A stretch of 64,000 nt of DNA from a virus: IMG/VR virus record IMGVR_UViG_3300032294_001558; one strand, given 5' to 3'. Under the pieces are notes generated by a model that was given only the letters and a program-made list of their open reading frames with translations, searched no databases and was not told the DNA's origin. Shown here piece after piece: positions 61,081-64,000 of the stretch (within the stretch, counting starts at the first letter, position 1; the number at the start of each line of letters is the position of its first letter). The position numbers were made by a program, and so were the translations under genes.

Positions 61081-61485
61081 ATGGCGACCTTCAACAAGTT
61101 CAATGCGTGGGCCGAGAACATGGTCGAGGTGGCTAACCTCGGCACTGATCAGTTCATAATTGCACTGACCAACACGGCTCCGGTGGCGGCTAACAGCGTG
61201 TTGGCCGACATCACGCAGATTAGCTACACGAATCTGTCGTCCCGCAACGTGACTACTACAAGCTCTTCTCAGACAGGCGGTACGTATACGTTGGTGCTGG
61301 CGGATCTTGTGATGACTGCTTCGGGCTCGGTGGGCCCGTTTCGTTATGTCGTTCTTTACGACGATACGCCTACTTCCCCAAACAAGCCGTTGGTCGGCTG
61401 GTGGGACTACGGATCGTCTATTACGATGGCGAACGGTGAGACGTTCACTGTAGACTTCACTGGTGCGGTAATTACATTGAGCTAA
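61081..61485 (+). CDS. virion protein (134 aa)
   Basis: Operon context. Confidence 0.55.
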   Translation: MATFNKFNAWAENMVEVANLGTDQFIIALTNTAPVAANSVLADITQISYTNLSSRNVTTTSSSQTGGTYTLVLADLVMTASGSVGPFRYVVLYDDTPTSPNKPLVGWWDYGSSITMANGETFTVDFTGAVITLS

Positions 61486-61494
61486 GGAAACAAA

Positions 61495-61926
61495 GTGTCC
61501 GATTCTTCACTTGGCTATACCCCTGGTACAGGCGCAAGCGTAGCTACCGACCTTGACAACGGACTACACCACCAGAAAACAGTTATTGAATCGCTGATTG
61601 CAGGGGTTCCGACCCCTGCCAGTGTTGCTAACCCAGTGCCGGTGTTGGACGACAATTCCGGCAACCTGCTTCTGCGCATCCTCCAGATGCTCATGGCCCC
61701 GCTGGGCTACGACAAGTCGCTGGGCAGGCAGCGCGGCACAGTGGTGGTTGAGAGCGGCACAGTTACGACCGTCACCACAGTCAGTACTGTAACCACTGTC
61801 AGTACCGTAACCACTGTCAGTTCGCTGAGCAATATCGCGGCTATCGGCGGTTACTCGGCGCAGATGCAGATTTTCGATACCAACCGCACGGCTTGGGCGC
61901 AATGCGTCCGCGCTCGGATCACTTGA
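61495..61926 (+). CDS. virion protein (143 aa) with a TVTTVS repeat
   Basis: GTG start at 61495 after AAGGAAAC. 18-bp repeats at about 61760-61822. Confidence 0.5.
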   Translation: MSDSSLGYTPGTGASVATDLDNGLHHQKTVIESLIAGVPTPASVANPVPVLDDNSGNLLLRILQMLMAPLGYDKSLGRQRGTVVVESGTVTTVTTVSTVTTVSTVTTVSSLSNIAAIGGYSAQMQIFDTNRTAWAQCVRARIT

Positions 61927-61933
61927 GGATTAC

Positions 61934-63544
61934 ATGCCCAACACCTTCAAGAAGGTCATCGACCAACTCGTCTGGCGGCAGGTCAACCCAAGCCCGAACG
62001 CGCATGTGGCGGCGGCATCTATGGCATCGGACTTGCGCTCGGACTTGAGCCGCAACCCATTCGCCTACAATCTACTGTCAGCCACAGTTCTGAACCGCTA
62101 CAACATCGTCACCAAGGCGTGGCAGGCGATGACCTCGCCCGCTCTGGCGGGCGCGTTCGGCGCAGGCTCCACGTCAGCTTTTGCCCCGTCTCTCGGTCTT
62201 GTCGGCACGATTGCGGCGGGTGCGACCACGACTTCGGTGGTTATCTCGACGGCCTTCCCAACGGCGGTCGGCCTCAACATGCTCGCCAATCGTGGCGGCT
62301 CGGGCGACAAGGGTTTCAAGCTCCGCATCACCGACACCACGGCAGGCAAGGTCGAAGAGCGCTGGATCGTCGGCAACACGGCGGGCACGACCCCGACCAT
62401 CACCGTTGAGGCGGCTTTCACCTTCACGCCCGCGACCGGCGCTCGCTACGAAATCCTGTCCGGCCGCCTGTTCATGCTGAGTTCCGGCACACTGGCGTCC
62501 AACGCATGGCGGTCCTTCGAGGTCGCGGCGAACACTCTATCCACCGGCCTGTCAATTACCAACCTTCCCGCCGCCCTTTCCACTGACTCCAGCATCCTCG
62601 TTCTTGACGAGCAGTACACGCCCTTCGACATGAAGCCCGGAGAGGGTATGGTCAAAGGCTCGTTCACCTACGATACGGGCCTGACCTCGCTGACCGCCAC
62701 GGCTGCTGGCGCGTCGACCTTGACCGGGCAGGCGACCGGCGGGGATGCAGTGGTTGCGGCCAACGAGTATCGAAATTTCCAAATCCGCGTTGTCCAGGAT
62801 ACGACCACCCCGGCGGCGGTGGGTCAGCGGCGCATTATCGCCTCGCACACGGCAGGAGCCTCGCCGGTTTATACCCTCGGTACGGCGTGGACGACTCAGC
62901 CTTCGGCTTCGGCCAAGTATGTGATCGAGTTGCCGAACCTGATGGTTTTGCGGACCACGGCCAACACCACGACCTACACGTGGAACTACAGCGATGCGAC
63001 CGTGAATAACGGCACAAACAGCATCGCCTCCAACGCTTGGTCCGCGACCTACTTTGGCACGGCCCCCGCTGCAAACGGTGCGGGCTGCATGTGGGCTCCG
63101 TCCTTCGGTATCCAGCCTGATCCGGCGCGCAACGCCCGGCATAGCTTCAACTACTTCTTCCGTGGCGGCGCAGTAGTAACGCTTGACCTGCTGGATATTG
63201 CCGGGTCGATTACCGGCACCTGGACTGGCGCGATTGCCTATGACGGCAACACCACGACTATCGGCACGGGCTCGACGGGGTGTTACGCCCCCTTCGAGAA
63301 CGAAGGCCGGATGTTCTATGTCAACGCTTATGTGGCGTCCGCGGCAAACCAGTTCTTCCGGTTCGACGTTCAGAACCGGGTATTCAGTCCCTACACCAAC
63401 ACTGACTTTATCCAGGTCGGCGGAGCTACTCTCGGCGGCCGGATGGCGGCGTACTGCGCAATTGATGGCACGGACACTTACGACGTGATTCTGCTTCAAT
63501 CGCACCTTTCTGCCGTTTGTCAGGAACTCGTGGTCCTTGTATAA
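61934..63544 (+). CDS. virion structural protein (536 aa)
   Basis: Large ORF in the late operon. Confidence 0.6.
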   Translation: MPNTFKKVIDQLVWRQVNPSPNAHVAAASMASDLRSDLSRNPFAYNLLSATVLNRYNIVTKAWQAMTSPALAGAFGAGSTSAFAPSLGLVGTIAAGATTTSVVISTAFPTAVGLNMLANRGGSGDKGFKLRITDTTAGKVEERWIVGNTAGTTPTITVEAAFTFTPATGARYEILSGRLFMLSSGTLASNAWRSFEVAANTLSTGLSITNLPAALSTDSSILVLDEQYTPFDMKPGEGMVKGSFTYDTGLTSLTATAAGASTLTGQATGGDAVVAANEYRNFQIRVVQDTTTPAAVGQRRIIASHTAGASPVYTLGTAWTTQPSASAKYVIELPNLMVLRTTANTTTYTWNYSDATVNNGTNSIASNAWSATYFGTAPAANGAGCMWAPSFGIQPDPARNARHSFNYFFRGGAVVTLDLLDIAGSITGTWTGAIAYDGNTTTIGTGSTGCYAPFENEGRMFYVNAYVASAANQFFRFDVQNRVFSPYTNTDFIQVGGATLGGRMAAYCAIDGTDTYDVILLQSHLSAVCQELVVLV

Positions 63545-63592
63545 CTGTCTCTGATCTTGTTCGCTTGACGTAGCCCCGACAAGGAGCGGTAG

Positions 63593-64000
63593 GTGCTCAC
63601 AACACTGCTTTCGCAGCAGGGCGCGGCGGGCTCCTACACACTTGTAGCAGAAGGGGCGGTATACAGCTACTCAGGAAACAACGCCAATCTTGTCTACACC
63701 CCGGCTGGCGGGTTTACTCTTGTAGCAGACGGCGCGACGTACAGCTACTCCGGCAATAACGCTAACCTCCAGTATAACCGAGTTCTTGTAGCAGACGGCG
63801 CGACGTACAGCTACTCCGGCAATAACGCTAACCTCCAGTATAACCGAGTTCTTGTAGCAGACGGCGCGACGTACAGCTACTCAGGCAACAACGCGGATCT
63901 TCGTCTTAACCGCATACTTATTGCCGATGGCGCGACATATAGTTACTCCGGCGATAACGCCGATCTAATCTACACTCCAGCCGGTGCATACACGCTTGCA
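63593..64000 (+). CDS. repeat-containing structural (fibre-like) protein, 3' end cut by the window edge
   Basis: Not in the ORF track because no stop falls in the window. AAGGAGCGGTAG precedes the GTG at 63593. The frame is open to nt 64000. Five or more copies of ~22-aa LVADGATYSYSGNNANLQYNRV units. Confidence 0.55.
   Translation, partial: MLTTLLSQQGAAGSYTLVAEGAVYSYSGNNANLVYTPAGGFTLVADGATYSYSGNNANLQYNRVLVADGATYSYSGNNANLQYNRVLVADGATYSYSGNNADLRLNRILIADGATYSYSGDNADLIYTPAGAYTLA
63719..63850 (+). repeat. 2 x 66-bp perfect tandem repeat, flanked by diverged copies
   Basis: Units at 63719-63784 and 63785-63850 are identical. Diverged copies lie at about 63653 and 63851-63990. Confidence 0.9.

Overview
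The window looks like a nearly complete, circularly permuted genome of a lytic, podovirus-like dsDNA phage. I saw no integrase, tRNA, CRISPR array or host flank. Late and structural genes are on the + strand: small terminase at 48.3 kb, then an intein-containing large terminase, portal, GroES-like protein, scaffold and an N4-type major capsid. This operon runs off the right edge and re-enters at the left edge with tail and fibre genes, an embedded lysis cassette, ejection proteins and a 1852-aa giant protein, ending at 19.05 kb. Early and replication genes are on the - strand from 46.7 kb down to 19.1 kb: prim-pol/SF3 helicase, SSB-like protein, SNF2 helicase, DnaQ-like exonuclease, PD-(D/E)XK nuclease, family A DNA polymerase, VRR-NUC and many small ORFs. 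A control region at 44.85-48.3 kb holds iterons, a palindrome family, an AT-rich hub and a structured non-coding stretch. Four observations stand out. (1) Two paralogous Hint-type inteins, in the SNF2 helicase and in motif B of the DNA polymerase, have no endonuclease in the intein frame. Each contains an intact HNH-family homing-endonuclease ORF in a different frame of the same strand. (2) Five paralogous small genes encode conserved termini around an acidic (Gly-X)n Gly/Tyr/Asp/Asn core and interleave with a MoxR-like AAA+ / VWA-metallopeptidase / DUF3150-like module. I cannot place this family. (3) A third, LAGLIDADG-type intein sits at the terminase P-loop. (4) A promoter-to-terminator unit of about 80 nt (candidate sRNA) and a self-promoted homing-endonuclease-like gene are inserted after the capsid gene. 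All functional calls rest on motifs read by eye and on my memory of protein families. No searches were run.
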